Assembly: GCA_963823865.1 (NCBI GenBank)
Contig: CAWGNC010000003.1
Location: 1,603,842-1,667,841 of the forward strand
Direction of reading: 5' to 3'
Source: an uncultured Acidobacteriaceae bacterium
GTDB lineage: Bacteria; Acidobacteriota; Terriglobia; Terriglobales; Acidobacteriaceae
Length of the DNA: 64,000 nucleotides
The position numbers and the translations under genes are program-made. This document shows, one piece after another, positions 1-9,405 of this stretch. Position 1 is the first letter of the stretch. Each line of letters starts with the position of its first letter. The notes under the pieces are model-generated. The model was given only the letters and a program-made list of their open reading frames with translations, did not search any database and was not told the DNA's origin.

Positions 1-1
1 G

Positions 2-376
2 CATCGTGCCGGCATCACATTTGGCGCTCATACGATGACTCACCCAGTCGTGAGCCGACTTCTGCCAGAGGCATTGCGGGATGAGGTCTCCCAGTCAAAA
101 CGACTGGTAGAGCAGCGACTGGATACCGCGGTTAACGAATTCGCCTACCCTTTTGGAAAGGTGCGGGACTGCGGGACTGCGGCGGCCTCTACTTTGAAGC
201 AGCTTGGCTTCTTAACCGCACTGACAACCATAGTCGGCATCAATGAACCAGGGTCGAGCTTGCTGCGACTACGTAGGCTGGTAGTTAACAACGACGCATC
301 GATTTCGAGATTTGCGCTGCAATTGCAAAGACTTTTCTTTCATCCGGTGGATGAGGAGCTCTCGGCAGTCGTATAG
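2..376 (+). CDS. polysaccharide deacetylase (NodB family), 3' part; 5' end outside window
   Basis: The frame of ORF 35..376 is open from nt 2 and reads GITFGAHTMTHP (NodB H-[ST]-x-x-H metal motif). It is the first gene in the window, at the left edge of the exosortase EPS locus. Confidence 0.7.
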   Translation, partial: HRAGITFGAHTMTHPVVSRLLPEALRDEVSQSKRLVEQRLDTAVNEFAYPFGKVRDCGTAAASTLKQLGFLTALTTIVGINEPGSSLLRLRRLVVNNDASISRFALQLQRLFFHPVDEELSAVV

Positions 377-399
377 GCTCAATTACTTTCGGAGAACGT

Positions 400-1734
400 G
401 TGAGAGATTACATAGTATTGGCGATCGTGCTGTTATCAGTGCCGGTGGCGCTGGTAAACCCCTACTATGGCGTCCTCATGTGGTCATGGCTGGCCTACTT
501 CAACCCTCATCGATATACGTGGGGCATCGCGCGCGACTTTCCTGTAGCCGTACTTATAGCGGTTCCCACGCTTGTGGGTGCAGTCTTCGCCCGCAAGAAT
601 CGGCACATCTTTACCCGGGAAACTGTGCTGCTTTGTCTGTTGTGGGCGTGGTTCGCCTTTACCACCCTCTACGTAAAAACGATTCCGGCGTTTGCCGGAC
701 ATTTAGGCGAAGCCACCGGACATCTGGAAGAGATCAGCAAGATTTTGTTGATGACGTTCGTGACCATTCTGCTGGTCACCTCCAAAGAAAAGCTACGGCT
801 TCTTCTGCTCGTCATCGTTGGCAGCTTTGGCCTGCGCGCCTTGATCGCGGCGGTCTTCTTTATCGGCACTGGAGGGCAGTTCAAGATTTGGGGTCCGGAA
901 GGCACGTTCCTGGCCGACAACAACGACTTTGCGCTGGCCTTGAACATGACCATCCCCATGTTCTTCTTCCTCGCTCGTTCCGAGCCACGGAAATGGCTGC
1001 GGGTTACCATCCGAATCCTGATGGTCTGCGTCATTATCTCGGTGATTGGCACGTATTCACGAGGTGGTCTCATCGGTCTCGGAGCGGTGACTCTCGGATT
1101 GCTCGTCAAGTCGAACCGGAAAGTGCTGAGCCTATTTTTGGTCGGCATCGGAATGTTCTTTGTCCTGACGTTCGCCACTCTTCAGTGGAAAGAGAGGATG
1201 GATACATTCCTGCATGGAGACTTGGATCAGTCCGCGGAATCGCGAATTACAGTCTGGATAGCCGGATGGCATCTGGTGCAGGACTATCCACTCACTGGCG
1301 GGGGCTTCGATGTCTACACCGATCCTTCCGTCATTGTTCGCTATTTGCCGGAGGACACACCAGACTCTAATCTTCATGGTCCCCATAGCATCTATTTCCA
1401 GATGCTGGGCGAGCAGGGATTTGTAGGTTTGGCGTTGTTCCTGGGCTTGCTAGCTGCGGCCGTCCTGCGGCTCAGAAAGATCTGCCGAATAGCCAAGCGG
1501 GACGACGAACTTTCGTGGGCAGCACCCTACGCCGACATGTTCCAGATCACATTGCTCGCTTACATGGCGAATGGTGCGACCCTGGGTAGGGCCTACTTTG
1601 ACTTCTTTTACGTAGTCATCGCCTGCATCGTGATTCTTGACGTTTTGTTCCGTAGAGATATTAAGGCAATGATGGACCGCGAAGGTGAGCCTGTGCTCGA
1701 GACTACGGATGACCTGATACCCGTCGCGGTCTGA
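400..1734 (+). CDS. O-antigen ligase/Wzy-like polytopic membrane protein, exosortase-locus type
   Basis: 444-aa ORF with a GTG start and about 10 hydrophobic segments. Its N-terminus VNPYYGVLMWSWLAYFNPHRYTWG is typical of exosortase-system-associated O-glycosylation ligases. It sits next to a GT4 gene and the exosortase. Confidence 0.75.
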   Translation: MRDYIVLAIVLLSVPVALVNPYYGVLMWSWLAYFNPHRYTWGIARDFPVAVLIAVPTLVGAVFARKNRHIFTRETVLLCLLWAWFAFTTLYVKTIPAFAGHLGEATGHLEEISKILLMTFVTILLVTSKEKLRLLLLVIVGSFGLRALIAAVFFIGTGGQFKIWGPEGTFLADNNDFALALNMTIPMFFFLARSEPRKWLRVTIRILMVCVIISVIGTYSRGGLIGLGAVTLGLLVKSNRKVLSLFLVGIGMFFVLTFATLQWKERMDTFLHGDLDQSAESRITVWIAGWHLVQDYPLTGGGFDVYTDPSVIVRYLPEDTPDSNLHGPHSIYFQMLGEQGFVGLALFLGLLAAAVLRLRKICRIAKRDDELSWAAPYADMFQITLLAYMANGATLGRAYFDFFYVVIACIVILDVLFRRDIKAMMDREGEPVLETTDDLIPVAV

Positions 1735-1755
1735 TCGCGACTCATGGTGACGTAA

Positions 1756-2928
1756 ATGGATGCTTATTGCTGGATGTTCGAACAACCTATGAAGTATTTA
1801 GGACTGGATCGCAAGTCGAGTGGGATGCTGTTGCGGATAGCTTTGATGACGGCGTTGCTATGTAGTAGGGGAGCGGCCGCCGCAGAGCGTAACTGGACTT
1901 CACAGGATGTTGGGCACGGCATAGCCTCGTCCATCGCTGTTGACGTCAATCAAAACCTGCACGTGGTTTATCTGACCAGCGATGCCAGACTAATGTACGC
2001 CTTCCGGCCGCCGGCGTCGGAGAAGTGGTTTTCCACCACAGTTCTGGCGTCCACGCATGCCAACCAGCACGTGTACCCTCGGATCGCGGTCGATAAATAT
2101 GACCGGCCTCACATCTGCGTCGCTATTGGCACTCTTGAATACATTACCTACGACGGTGGTACCTGGAAAGCCCAGGAGATAGACCCGGATTCCGGTACGC
2201 TTTCCTACCACTGTTCGGTGGCCCTCGCGCCCGACGGCACGCCGCACCTTAGCTGGTACCACGAATTTCTGCCGGATGGTAAACAGTTTTCTCATCTTCG
2301 GCATGCCGAGCTCGACAACGGGCAGTGGGTGGTTCGCTCCGTGGATGGCGGAATCTCCGGCAAGTGGAACTCGATGGCGATTGATGATAAGGGCTTTGCG
2401 CACCTGGTCTACAGCCAGTGGGCCGGTGGAAGTGAAATACGATACGCAGCCTGGGATGGCAAAGACTGGGCGATTGGACCGATCGCTACCGCCACGAAAA
2501 CCGCGACTGACCGGGGTTACGACAACAGTATCGCCATATCGCCGGACGGAATGGTGGGAGTAGCCTACTTCGACGACGCTAATCTGCGCTATGGCCATGT
2601 CCAGGACGGTAAGTGGGTCACCGAAAAGGTAGCAGATGTAGGCGGACGATATGACTACTATCGCGGCGACATAACTGTACTCTTGGACAAGGAAAAGTCG
2701 CCACACATTATTTTTGGCGATGTCGGCGCACTAAAGCATGCCTTCTGGGATGGCAAGCAATGGCAAGTTGAAGTCATTGCCTCTGGCGGCTACTCGCAGT
2801 ACGCCACGGTTGGTGGAGCTATCGGTTCTGACGACACCCTTTACGTTAGCTATTCGGATCCCACTGACGGCGGACTGAAAGTGGCAATCGGAAAAGTCGT
2901 AACGGGAAGTGGGGATACCAAGAAGTGA
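1756..2928 (+). CDS. secreted repeat protein, probably a 7-bladed beta-propeller; function unknown
   Basis: 390-aa ORF. Signal-peptide-like LLRIALMTALLCSRGAAAAE (an alternative ATG is at 1789). About seven ~45-aa repeats follow the pattern [IL]A[VI]D..G..H[VIL].[YFW]...L.Y..(W)DG..W. Confidence 0.6.
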   Translation: MDAYCWMFEQPMKYLGLDRKSSGMLLRIALMTALLCSRGAAAAERNWTSQDVGHGIASSIAVDVNQNLHVVYLTSDARLMYAFRPPASEKWFSTTVLASTHANQHVYPRIAVDKYDRPHICVAIGTLEYITYDGGTWKAQEIDPDSGTLSYHCSVALAPDGTPHLSWYHEFLPDGKQFSHLRHAELDNGQWVVRSVDGGISGKWNSMAIDDKGFAHLVYSQWAGGSEIRYAAWDGKDWAIGPIATATKTATDRGYDNSIAISPDGMVGVAYFDDANLRYGHVQDGKWVTEKVADVGGRYDYYRGDITVLLDKEKSPHIIFGDVGALKHAFWDGKQWQVEVIASGGYSQYATVGGAIGSDDTLYVSYSDPTDGGLKVAIGKVVTGSGDTKK

Positions 2929-4238
2929 TGGCCGTGTCTGAGCTAAATATCGGGGCTCTGGAACGCCCTGCCGTTGATCGCGGAGACAAGGGGAAGGCTC
3001 GAGTCTTGCATGTTCTCGATCATTCCCTTCCCGTCCTCAGTGGATATGCGGTGCGCAGCCGCGGCCTGGTGACCGGACAAGCTCGTCTGGGCCAACCCAT
3101 AGCCGTGTTGACCGGCCCATTGCATCAGATCGACGACGCGGATGCTTGCGAGCTTACGGTGGACAATGTGACATATTTCCGCACGCCGATTCCCCGCGGC
3201 TATTCAAAGATGGCATTGGAGCGCCGATGGCCACTCCTACGGGAATGGGAGGTTGTACGCTTACTCCGTGCCCGCATTCTCCAGTTGATCGACAGCCAGC
3301 CGGTGGACATCGTGTACGCACACTCTCCCGCGCTCTGCGGATTGGCCGGACTACAGGCTGCACGGAAACGCGGACTACCTTTTGTCTATGAGATTCGGGC
3401 CTTCTGGGAGGACGCAGCCGTAGACCAGGATCGAACAAACACCAAGTCGCTACGCTACGGTCTAACCCGCCACCTTGAAACGTATCTAGCCAGAAATGCT
3501 GACGCCGTCTGCGGCATCGCGAAAAGCATTCTGGATGAGCTGCGCTCCCGGGGCATCCCGCAAAAGAAGCTGTTTCATACCCCAAACGGTGTGGACGCGG
3601 AGCGCTTTCGTCCGCTGGACCGCGACCTACAATTGGCGGCAGCGCTGAAGCTGCCTGATGTGCCGGTGTTAGGCTTCTTTGGGTCTTTCTATCGCTACGA
3701 AGGCGTGACTTGGCTTGTTCGAGCGGCTGCGGAGTTGCGCAATCGCGGGAACCAGTTTGTCCTGCTGCTTATCGGCCGCGGTGAAGAAAGCGATAAGATC
3801 CGGGCTGCCATTCGGGAATGCGGGATGGAAGACTATGTTCGCCTCCTCGACCATGTACCGTACGATCAAATACTGCGTTACTACTCGCTTGTGGATGTGA
3901 TGGTGTTCCCGAGGCTCAGCGTTCGCATTACCGAGCAGGTAACTCCGTTGAAGCCCCTGGAGGCAATGTCGCTCAGCCAAGCCGTCCTGGGCAGCGCGGT
4001 TGGCGGCATACGCGAACTGGTTAAGCACGAAGAAACAGGCCTGTTATTTCGGCCGGAAAACATTCCGGATTTCTGTCATCAGGCTGAGCGCCTTCTCCGC
4101 TCGCCGGAGCTGCGCGCACAGCTTGGGCGCAATGGCCGCGAGACGATCTTACGGGAAAAGGATTGGAATGTACTCGCGCGAAGATATCAGACTGTGTACG
4201 ACTATGTTCTGCAACGTCGCAGCGCGTTGGCAAAATAG
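2925..4238 (+). CDS. glycosyltransferase family 4 (PEP-CTERM/exosortase-associated type)
   Basis: 437-aa ORF with N-terminus RVLHVLDHSLPVLSGYAVRS and a C-terminal GT1/GT4 E-x7-E region (PLEAMSLSQAVLGSAVGGIRELV). It overlaps the upstream gene by 4 nt. Confidence 0.85.
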   Translation: MMAVSELNIGALERPAVDRGDKGKARVLHVLDHSLPVLSGYAVRSRGLVTGQARLGQPIAVLTGPLHQIDDADACELTVDNVTYFRTPIPRGYSKMALERRWPLLREWEVVRLLRARILQLIDSQPVDIVYAHSPALCGLAGLQAARKRGLPFVYEIRAFWEDAAVDQDRTNTKSLRYGLTRHLETYLARNADAVCGIAKSILDELRSRGIPQKKLFHTPNGVDAERFRPLDRDLQLAAALKLPDVPVLGFFGSFYRYEGVTWLVRAAAELRNRGNQFVLLLIGRGEESDKIRAAIRECGMEDYVRLLDHVPYDQILRYYSLVDVMVFPRLSVRITEQVTPLKPLEAMSLSQAVLGSAVGGIRELVKHEETGLLFRPENIPDFCHQAERLLRSPELRAQLGRNGRETILREKDWNVLARRYQTVYDYVLQRRSALAK

Positions 4239-4314
4239 CTACGAGAGCTTTTATTAATTGTCGCAGCACCGAATGGTCGGCGAATCATTAGCACTTGGTT
4301 TGCGAAGGAACAAG

Positions 4315-5244
4315 ATGGCTACTACTGATACTACCGCAGTCATGCTCTCCGCCCATCCCAACACACAGGGTGGAAGCTGGTTTTCTGCGTGGATCAGCCC
4401 ATTGTCAGCGCTCGCAGTTTCTGTACTAGTCAGCTTCGTTCTCTTCCGCCAAACCGTCGTATCTCTGATAACCATCTGGAGCGATAGCCGTACTTATTCG
4501 TACGGATTTATCATCGTTCCTATCTGCGCGCTCCTCGTGGTGCGCCGGAAAACTGATCTAAAAACTCTTCAACCGGAAACATCGTTTCTGGGGTTGATAT
4601 TCGTCGTCTTCTCCGTGTTGCTCTGGCTTGCCGGCAACATCGGAGACGTTCAACTTCTCCAGCAGTTTGCGCTAGTTGTCTTGATTGACTCTCTAGTGTG
4701 GACGTTTCTTGGACTTCCGGTCGTGAAGATCCTGAGCTTTCCTTTATTTTTTCTATTTTTTGCAATTCCGGTGGGCGACAGCCTTGTTCCCCACCTGCAA
4801 ACGTGGACTGCTGACTTCACAGTGAGCGCTCTCAACTTTTCCGGGATTCCCACAGTTCAAGATGGATTTGTGCTGTCGACGCCTTCGGGAAGCTGGCAGG
4901 TCGCAGCGGCCTGCAGCGGAATACGATATCTGCTTGCTTCCATCGTAATTGGCGTCCTGGTAGCCGGGGTGGCCTATCGAAGCTGGAAGCGGAGGATTGC
5001 GTTCCTGCTGCTCTCCGCCGTTTTGCCCATTGGCGCCAATGCAATCAGAGCCTACGGAATTGTTGTTCTAGCCTACGTCTCGGGAAATACCATTGCGGTA
5101 GGCGTGGACCATGTCGTTTATGGATTTGTTTTCTTCTCCCTCTTGACGGCGTTCCTGGTACTTGCCGCGATGCGGTCTTATGAGCCAGACATCGAGTCGC
5201 CTGAGCGCGCGGCGCAGACAGTAGCTCTGCGTCCCCCAGCTTGA
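4315..5244 (+). CDS. exosortase (EpsH/XrtA-like transpeptidase)
   Basis: Polytopic protein with the exosortase motifs WSDSRTYSYGFIIVP, AAACSGIRYL (catalytic Cys) and NAIRAYGIVVLAY. The ATG at 4315 is preceded by GAAGGA; the ORF track starts at a TTG at 4258. Confidence 0.85.
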   Translation: MATTDTTAVMLSAHPNTQGGSWFSAWISPLSALAVSVLVSFVLFRQTVVSLITIWSDSRTYSYGFIIVPICALLVVRRKTDLKTLQPETSFLGLIFVVFSVLLWLAGNIGDVQLLQQFALVVLIDSLVWTFLGLPVVKILSFPLFFLFFAIPVGDSLVPHLQTWTADFTVSALNFSGIPTVQDGFVLSTPSGSWQVAAACSGIRYLLASIVIGVLVAGVAYRSWKRRIAFLLLSAVLPIGANAIRAYGIVVLAYVSGNTIAVGVDHVVYGFVFFSLLTAFLVLAAMRSYEPDIESPERAAQTVALRPPA

Positions 5245-5832
5245 GGCGGAACCATCGCCGCATTCTGCGTTGTATCGTGCTTTCGTTATCGGCGACAGCC
5301 TTCGCGCATCACGTCTGGGAGCGGCCATCTGCCGCCATCTCGGAGAATTCGGTCAAGGTTCCTGCCGGCTGGTCTGCCGCCACAGACGATCGAGATGAGG
5401 AGTGGGCTCCCCACCTGATCTCTGTGCAGTCCAAGGTTACGCGCTCCTATGCTTCCACTGACAGAACAAATCTCTCTATGCGTAATTCGTTATTCCGACG
5501 ACCGGCGGGGCGTCGAACTTGTGAATGCTCTGAACTTGGTCGGAGTCGGTAGCGCCTGGACGGTTCTGAGCAGCGGTACCCGTCCGGCCACGATTGATGG
5601 CCAACATTTTCCAGTTACCGAATATGTAATTGCCACAGGACCGGAACACAGGCTGGTTTGGGTTTGGTACTCCGTGGGCGACACGCTTACTTCAAGCCCT
5701 TATCGACTGCGCATGCTGCAAGCCAGGAATCGACTTATGGGTTTGCCTAACACCACAATGGCATTCGCGGCTTCAACACCAATCCACAGTGACTCCGACG
5801 CTTCTTCCGTCCTCTCAGGCTTCTTGAAATAA
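5241..5832 (+). pseudogene. EpsI-family exosortase-associated protein, split by one frameshift near nt 5457
   Basis: The N-terminal part (TM segment, VPAGWS..) is in the frame of ORF 5241..5552. The C-terminal EpsI-like part (ISLCVIRYSDDRRGVELVNALN...RLVWVWYSVGD...YRLRMLQARNRL) is in the frame of ORF 5449..5832. The TTG start overlaps the exosortase TGA (TTGA). Confidence 0.7.
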
Positions 5833-6072
5833 ATTATTTCTTCTGTTGTATTCCTTCGCCAATATGCTCAATTTCTTTTCGGCAACGGTGTTCAGCTTCC
5901 TTAGGTACTTTCTTGCACTTACCCCTGCGGAATTAGTTATTTCCGCTGATTCCTGAGCAGTTTCAACCCATCGGCTTTGGCGATCAACCTGCAACTTAGC
6001 TTGGAAACGGGTGTAGTCCGTCAAGGGTTTCGAACCACCCAGCAACCTAGGAATCTGGAGGAGGTACACGGA

Positions 6073-6823
6073 ATGAGAGGAAAGTATCAAGTAGTTCTTC
6101 TGGCCCTATTCGCAATGGCCTTGCTAATAGTGCCGACCGCAGCACGGGCCGGGACGAATTTGGGGATGACAGCTGTCGAGCGGCTCCACGACCAGACGTT
6201 CTGTGCGACAACAACATCGATTTCGCCGGCTGCACACATAACAGCCGGCCGGACCAACTGGCACAACTGGATGCTTCAGTTCTCTGGACTCCGTTGGTGG
6301 ACTGGAATGTTCAGTCAACGACCGGCACGGACCAACCCGGTCCTAAACCTGCCCGAACTGCTGGACTTCAACAATACATCGGTCCACCACCAACGGGGCT
6401 GCATCCGATCACGTTGATGCTAACGTTGACGACCTGACTGGCCCCTGGGCAACCAGCTGTTCATCAACAGCATGGCCGGAACCAGCGACCGGCAACGTAG
6501 CAATCGTACGTTCAAACGTCTGGCTGTCTCAGGCGAACACAGCGTTCTGTGCGAGCGGCACTTGCGGGGGCACGGACGTCCTCAGCCAGACTTCAATCTA
6601 ACTGGGGTAGAACCTGTTCGGAAACAAGACGTCCGGCACGGCGCTGACCGGCAGCGGACCGTACTCCCTAACTCTAGCAATCACGATTGACGGCCACGGC
6701 AGCGCGGCTGATGTGACCTTTGACGACAATCTCAGCATCCCCGAGCCGGCAACCCTGTCGGTGCTGGGAGCTGGCTTGCTGGCTCTTGGAACTGGACTGC
6801 GGAAGAAACTTCTTCGTGGCTAA
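6073..6823 (+). pseudogene. PEP-CTERM sorting-domain protein, disrupted by several frameshifts/stops
   Basis: GGAGGAGG SD followed by ATG and the signal peptide MRGKYQVVLLALFAMALLIVPTAARA in frame 1. The 3' end in frame 2 reads ...VTFDDNLSIPEPATLSVLGAGLLALGTGLRKKLLRG* (PEP motif, TM segment, basic tail). The length is not a multiple of 3, and there are two in-frame stops at 6598-6610. Confidence 0.65.
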
Positions 6824-6873
6824 ATACTCTGGCGTCCGAACCTGGCGCCGTAGTATTGATGCCCCATAACCTT

Positions 6874-6902
6874 AAGGAAGGGGATGACCCTTCCTTATTT
6901 TT
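6874..6902 (+). terminator. intrinsic terminator after the PEP-CTERM gene
   Basis: 9-bp stem AAGGAAGGG/CCCTTCCTT with a 5-nt loop, followed by ATTTTT. Confidence 0.7.
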
Positions 6903-6994
6903 GGTGGATATAGGAAATAAGTTATTTCAGGACTTCTCTAGACATGTCCGGCCAAATGGACATTATTTCTCCTAATTGAGGCGGGTAACACTGG

Positions 6995-8335
6995 ATGAGC
7001 TCGCAAGCTCCGAATAGAGAAGTCTCGCGGATCCCGGCACAGAGCACTGATTTCGGCCAGCAGAGCATCAGGGGGCTTATCCGCATCCTGGCTCTGCTTT
7101 ATACATTGCTGATCATTTATGGCAGCCTCTATCCCTTTTCCGGTTGGAGTCACGCTTCCAGTCCTCTTTTCTCCTTTCTGACAGCTCCCGTCCCAGATCA
7201 TCTCTCGCGCCCGGACGTATTGACCAACGTCTTCGCCTATATTCCGCTGGGCGTGCTCCTTGTGACCGGCTTTCGTCTGCGCTCAGGAACGATGTCGGTG
7301 GTGATGGCGACCACCCTGGGAGCTGTGCTTAGTTTCGCCATGGAGTCGGTCCAGATGTTTCTGCCAGCCCGCATCTCCTCGAACATCGATTTGACGACGA
7401 ATATTGCGGGAACCCTGATTGGAGCAGTTCTCGCACTGGCTGTGCGGCAGGACACTCTCTTTCGTCTTAGCCTGCGCCGCACCCGCGAGGAGTGGTTCGA
7501 ACCAGGTCTAGCAACTGATATTGCTCTATTTGCTGTCGCTCTATGGGTAGGCTCGCAACTTTGTCCGTTTGTGCCGTCCATGGACGTTTCGAGCGTTCGG
7601 GAAGGTCTCGCGCCCCTGCGGAACCTATTGAATCCGACGTCGTTCCTGCCCGCAAAGTGCGCCGCATACGGTTTCAGCATTGCCGGCCTGGGGCTTCTAA
7701 CCATGGTCGTTGCCCGCCGCAAGGTACGACTGACATATCTAGCGCTCGCCGGTCTTGTGCTCTGCCTGAAGCCTGCGATCGTTACTCGGCAGATTTCTCC
7801 GGAGTCGCTTTGCGGCTTGGGCCTTGCTGCTGTCATGCTCCTGATCGCGCCCAGGACGAAGCCCGCACAAACATTGCTTGCGATGTTTTGCATACTATCG
7901 GGGTTCATAGCCGCCGAGCTGTATGGGGTTGCCGGCGGCGGCTTGCATCCATTCAACTGGATACCCTTCGCCGTTCAATTGGACGAGACCGTAAGTGGTA
8001 TGCAAAGCATCCTGGAAAATCTCTGGCCTTTTGTCGCACTGGCATCTCTCTCCATCCTGGGCTTCGGCCGGAAACGCTTGCCCATGGTGGGTTTGGGCGG
8101 CATATTAGTTCTCTTGGTCCTGTCGTTGGAGTGGATGCAGACTGGAATTGAGGGACGCTACGGCAACATTACTACGGTCATGACAGCTGCAGTCGGCTGG
8201 TTTTTTCCCTGGCTATTTTTCCTTGCCGTGCAGCCTGCACCGGCAGTCACCTCAGGATCCGCGAGGCGTCGCAGATCCCGACACGCGGAGTGGCATACAG
8301 ACGAGTCTTCCACGCCAGAAATCACCTCTACTTAA
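6995..8335 (+). CDS. VanZ-like family membrane protein with extended polytopic C-terminal region
   Basis: 446-aa ORF. The N-terminal VanZ-like pattern is LLIIYGSLYPF ... DVLTNVFAYIPLGV ... ESVQMFLPARISSNIDLTTNIAGTLIG. Several further TM segments follow, then an Arg-rich tail. Confidence 0.7.
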   Translation: MSSQAPNREVSRIPAQSTDFGQQSIRGLIRILALLYTLLIIYGSLYPFSGWSHASSPLFSFLTAPVPDHLSRPDVLTNVFAYIPLGVLLVTGFRLRSGTMSVVMATTLGAVLSFAMESVQMFLPARISSNIDLTTNIAGTLIGAVLALAVRQDTLFRLSLRRTREEWFEPGLATDIALFAVALWVGSQLCPFVPSMDVSSVREGLAPLRNLLNPTSFLPAKCAAYGFSIAGLGLLTMVVARRKVRLTYLALAGLVLCLKPAIVTRQISPESLCGLGLAAVMLLIAPRTKPAQTLLAMFCILSGFIAAELYGVAGGGLHPFNWIPFAVQLDETVSGMQSILENLWPFVALASLSILGFGRKRLPMVGLGGILVLLVLSLEWMQTGIEGRYGNITTVMTAAVGWFFPWLFFLAVQPAPAVTSGSARRRRSRHAEWHTDESSTPEITST

Positions 8336-8634
8336 GGACCCTCTCCTGTCCCAGGTGCCTCCGCTACGTCCAGTTTCGGGTGGCTCTGGGAGCCGAGATT
8401 ACTAAATCCTTGGGAAAACTCCTGCACTGAACGATTCGATGGGAGCTGACGGAAGACGATTTCTAGCGCGTCGAGACCCGTGATCGAGCGGCCGACAATG
8501 AGAAAAGTAGAAAGCGTAATAACACGAATTTGTAACTACCTATAGGCAAAAGATTTATAGAATGTCGAATTGATGTTGAATTTGGCCGCAGAAATAAATT
8601 AATTCCGCTGCTGCTTGGTTGTTTCCCAACTCCT

Positions 8635-8650
8635 TGGCCGTCGAGGTGCA
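8635..8650 (+). promoter_or_regulatory. candidate sigma54 (-24/-12) promoter
   Basis: TGGCCG-TCGAG-GTGCA has the exact GG-N10-GC spacing of TGGCAC-N5-TTGC. It lies 55-70 nt upstream of the PEP-CTERM gene at 8705 and downstream of an AT-rich tract (8480-8620). Confidence 0.35.
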
Positions 8651-8704
8651 ACATCCTAGCCAGAGTTATAGGACAAGGTCATCGCCACTGCGATCGGAGA
8701 CACT

Positions 8705-9382
8705 ATGCTGAGAGGGTTAACCAAACAAACAATTTTCCGCTTCACGCTGCTGGCCTGCATGCTGGGCATGACACTGGCTGCCTACGCAGGGAACAATGTG
8801 AGCGTGACACTTACCGGAGTCGGCGGTGCCGAGTACGGGTACGGATCGAACTACGCAGACGGCGAATATGTGTTGCCCTACTACGTCTCGATCAACAATG
8901 GCACCCCTATTGCCGTCATTTGCGACGACTTCAATCACAGCGTTAGCCTGAATGAGAATTGGACCGCTACGATCCATACCTTCAGCGATCTGACTGGAAC
9001 TCGGTTCGGAACTGCCGATTCGACTCAGTATCACGAAGCCGTCTGGCTTGCATCGCAGGTTACCTCCGGATCGTCGCTTTCGACCATCGCGGCGATTCAA
9101 TTCGCGATCTGGTCGCTGTTCAGCAGTGGCGTTCCGCAGGTCAGCGGAGAGAGTTCGTGGCTGGCACAGGCTACCACGGCGTCCTCCCACAACTACTACG
9201 GTCTGGACTTCTCCCACTGGGAGATTCTAACGCCGCTGAGTCCTTCGTCGCCCCAGGAGTTCTTCTTCTACGTTCCGTCGATTCCTGAGCCCAGCGCGTG
9301 GCTCGACTTGTTTGTCGGTCTGGTCGCATTCGCTGGAATCTGGACGATGAAGCGTCGGCAGATTGCTTCGGCACGCATCTAG
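8705..9382 (+). CDS. PEP-CTERM sorting-domain secreted protein (paralog of 38565..39245)
   Basis: Signal peptide present. The C-terminus is VPSIPEPSAWLDLFVGLVAFAGIWTMKRRQ (PEP, TM, basic). It shares AV[IM]CDD[FY].H, Y.EA.W, A[IV]W, ILTP and QEF with the 38565 protein. Confidence 0.85.
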   Translation: MLRGLTKQTIFRFTLLACMLGMTLAAYAGNNVSVTLTGVGGAEYGYGSNYADGEYVLPYYVSINNGTPIAVICDDFNHSVSLNENWTATIHTFSDLTGTRFGTADSTQYHEAVWLASQVTSGSSLSTIAAIQFAIWSLFSSGVPQVSGESSWLAQATTASSHNYYGLDFSHWEILTPLSPSSPQEFFFYVPSIPEPSAWLDLFVGLVAFAGIWTMKRRQIASARI

Positions 9383-9405
9383 GTCCCATAGCACTGGTAC
9401 TGCAA

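Noticed and set aside
5903-5917. Sigma54-like box AGGTAC-N4-TTGCA upstream of the disrupted PEP-CTERM gene.
   Set aside because: The GG-to-GC spacing is 9 rather than the required 10 nt, and the box is about 155 nt from the ATG. It would fit only if a 1-nt deletion is present in this error-prone stretch.
6025-6040. GGGTTTCGAACCACCC, which resembles a tRNA T-arm.
   Set aside because: No acceptor, D or anticodon arms can be drawn around it. It lies in the leader of the PEP-CTERM gene. No tRNA was found anywhere in the window.
5815-6090. 91-aa minus-strand ORF in the AT-rich region upstream of the PEP-CTERM gene. Its tail reads KYLRKLNTVAEKKLSILAKEYNRRNNLF.
   Set aside because: It overlaps the SD and start of the plus-strand gene, has no convincing start or SD of its own, and its protein-like look is explained by AT-rich codons. 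It is left unannotated.
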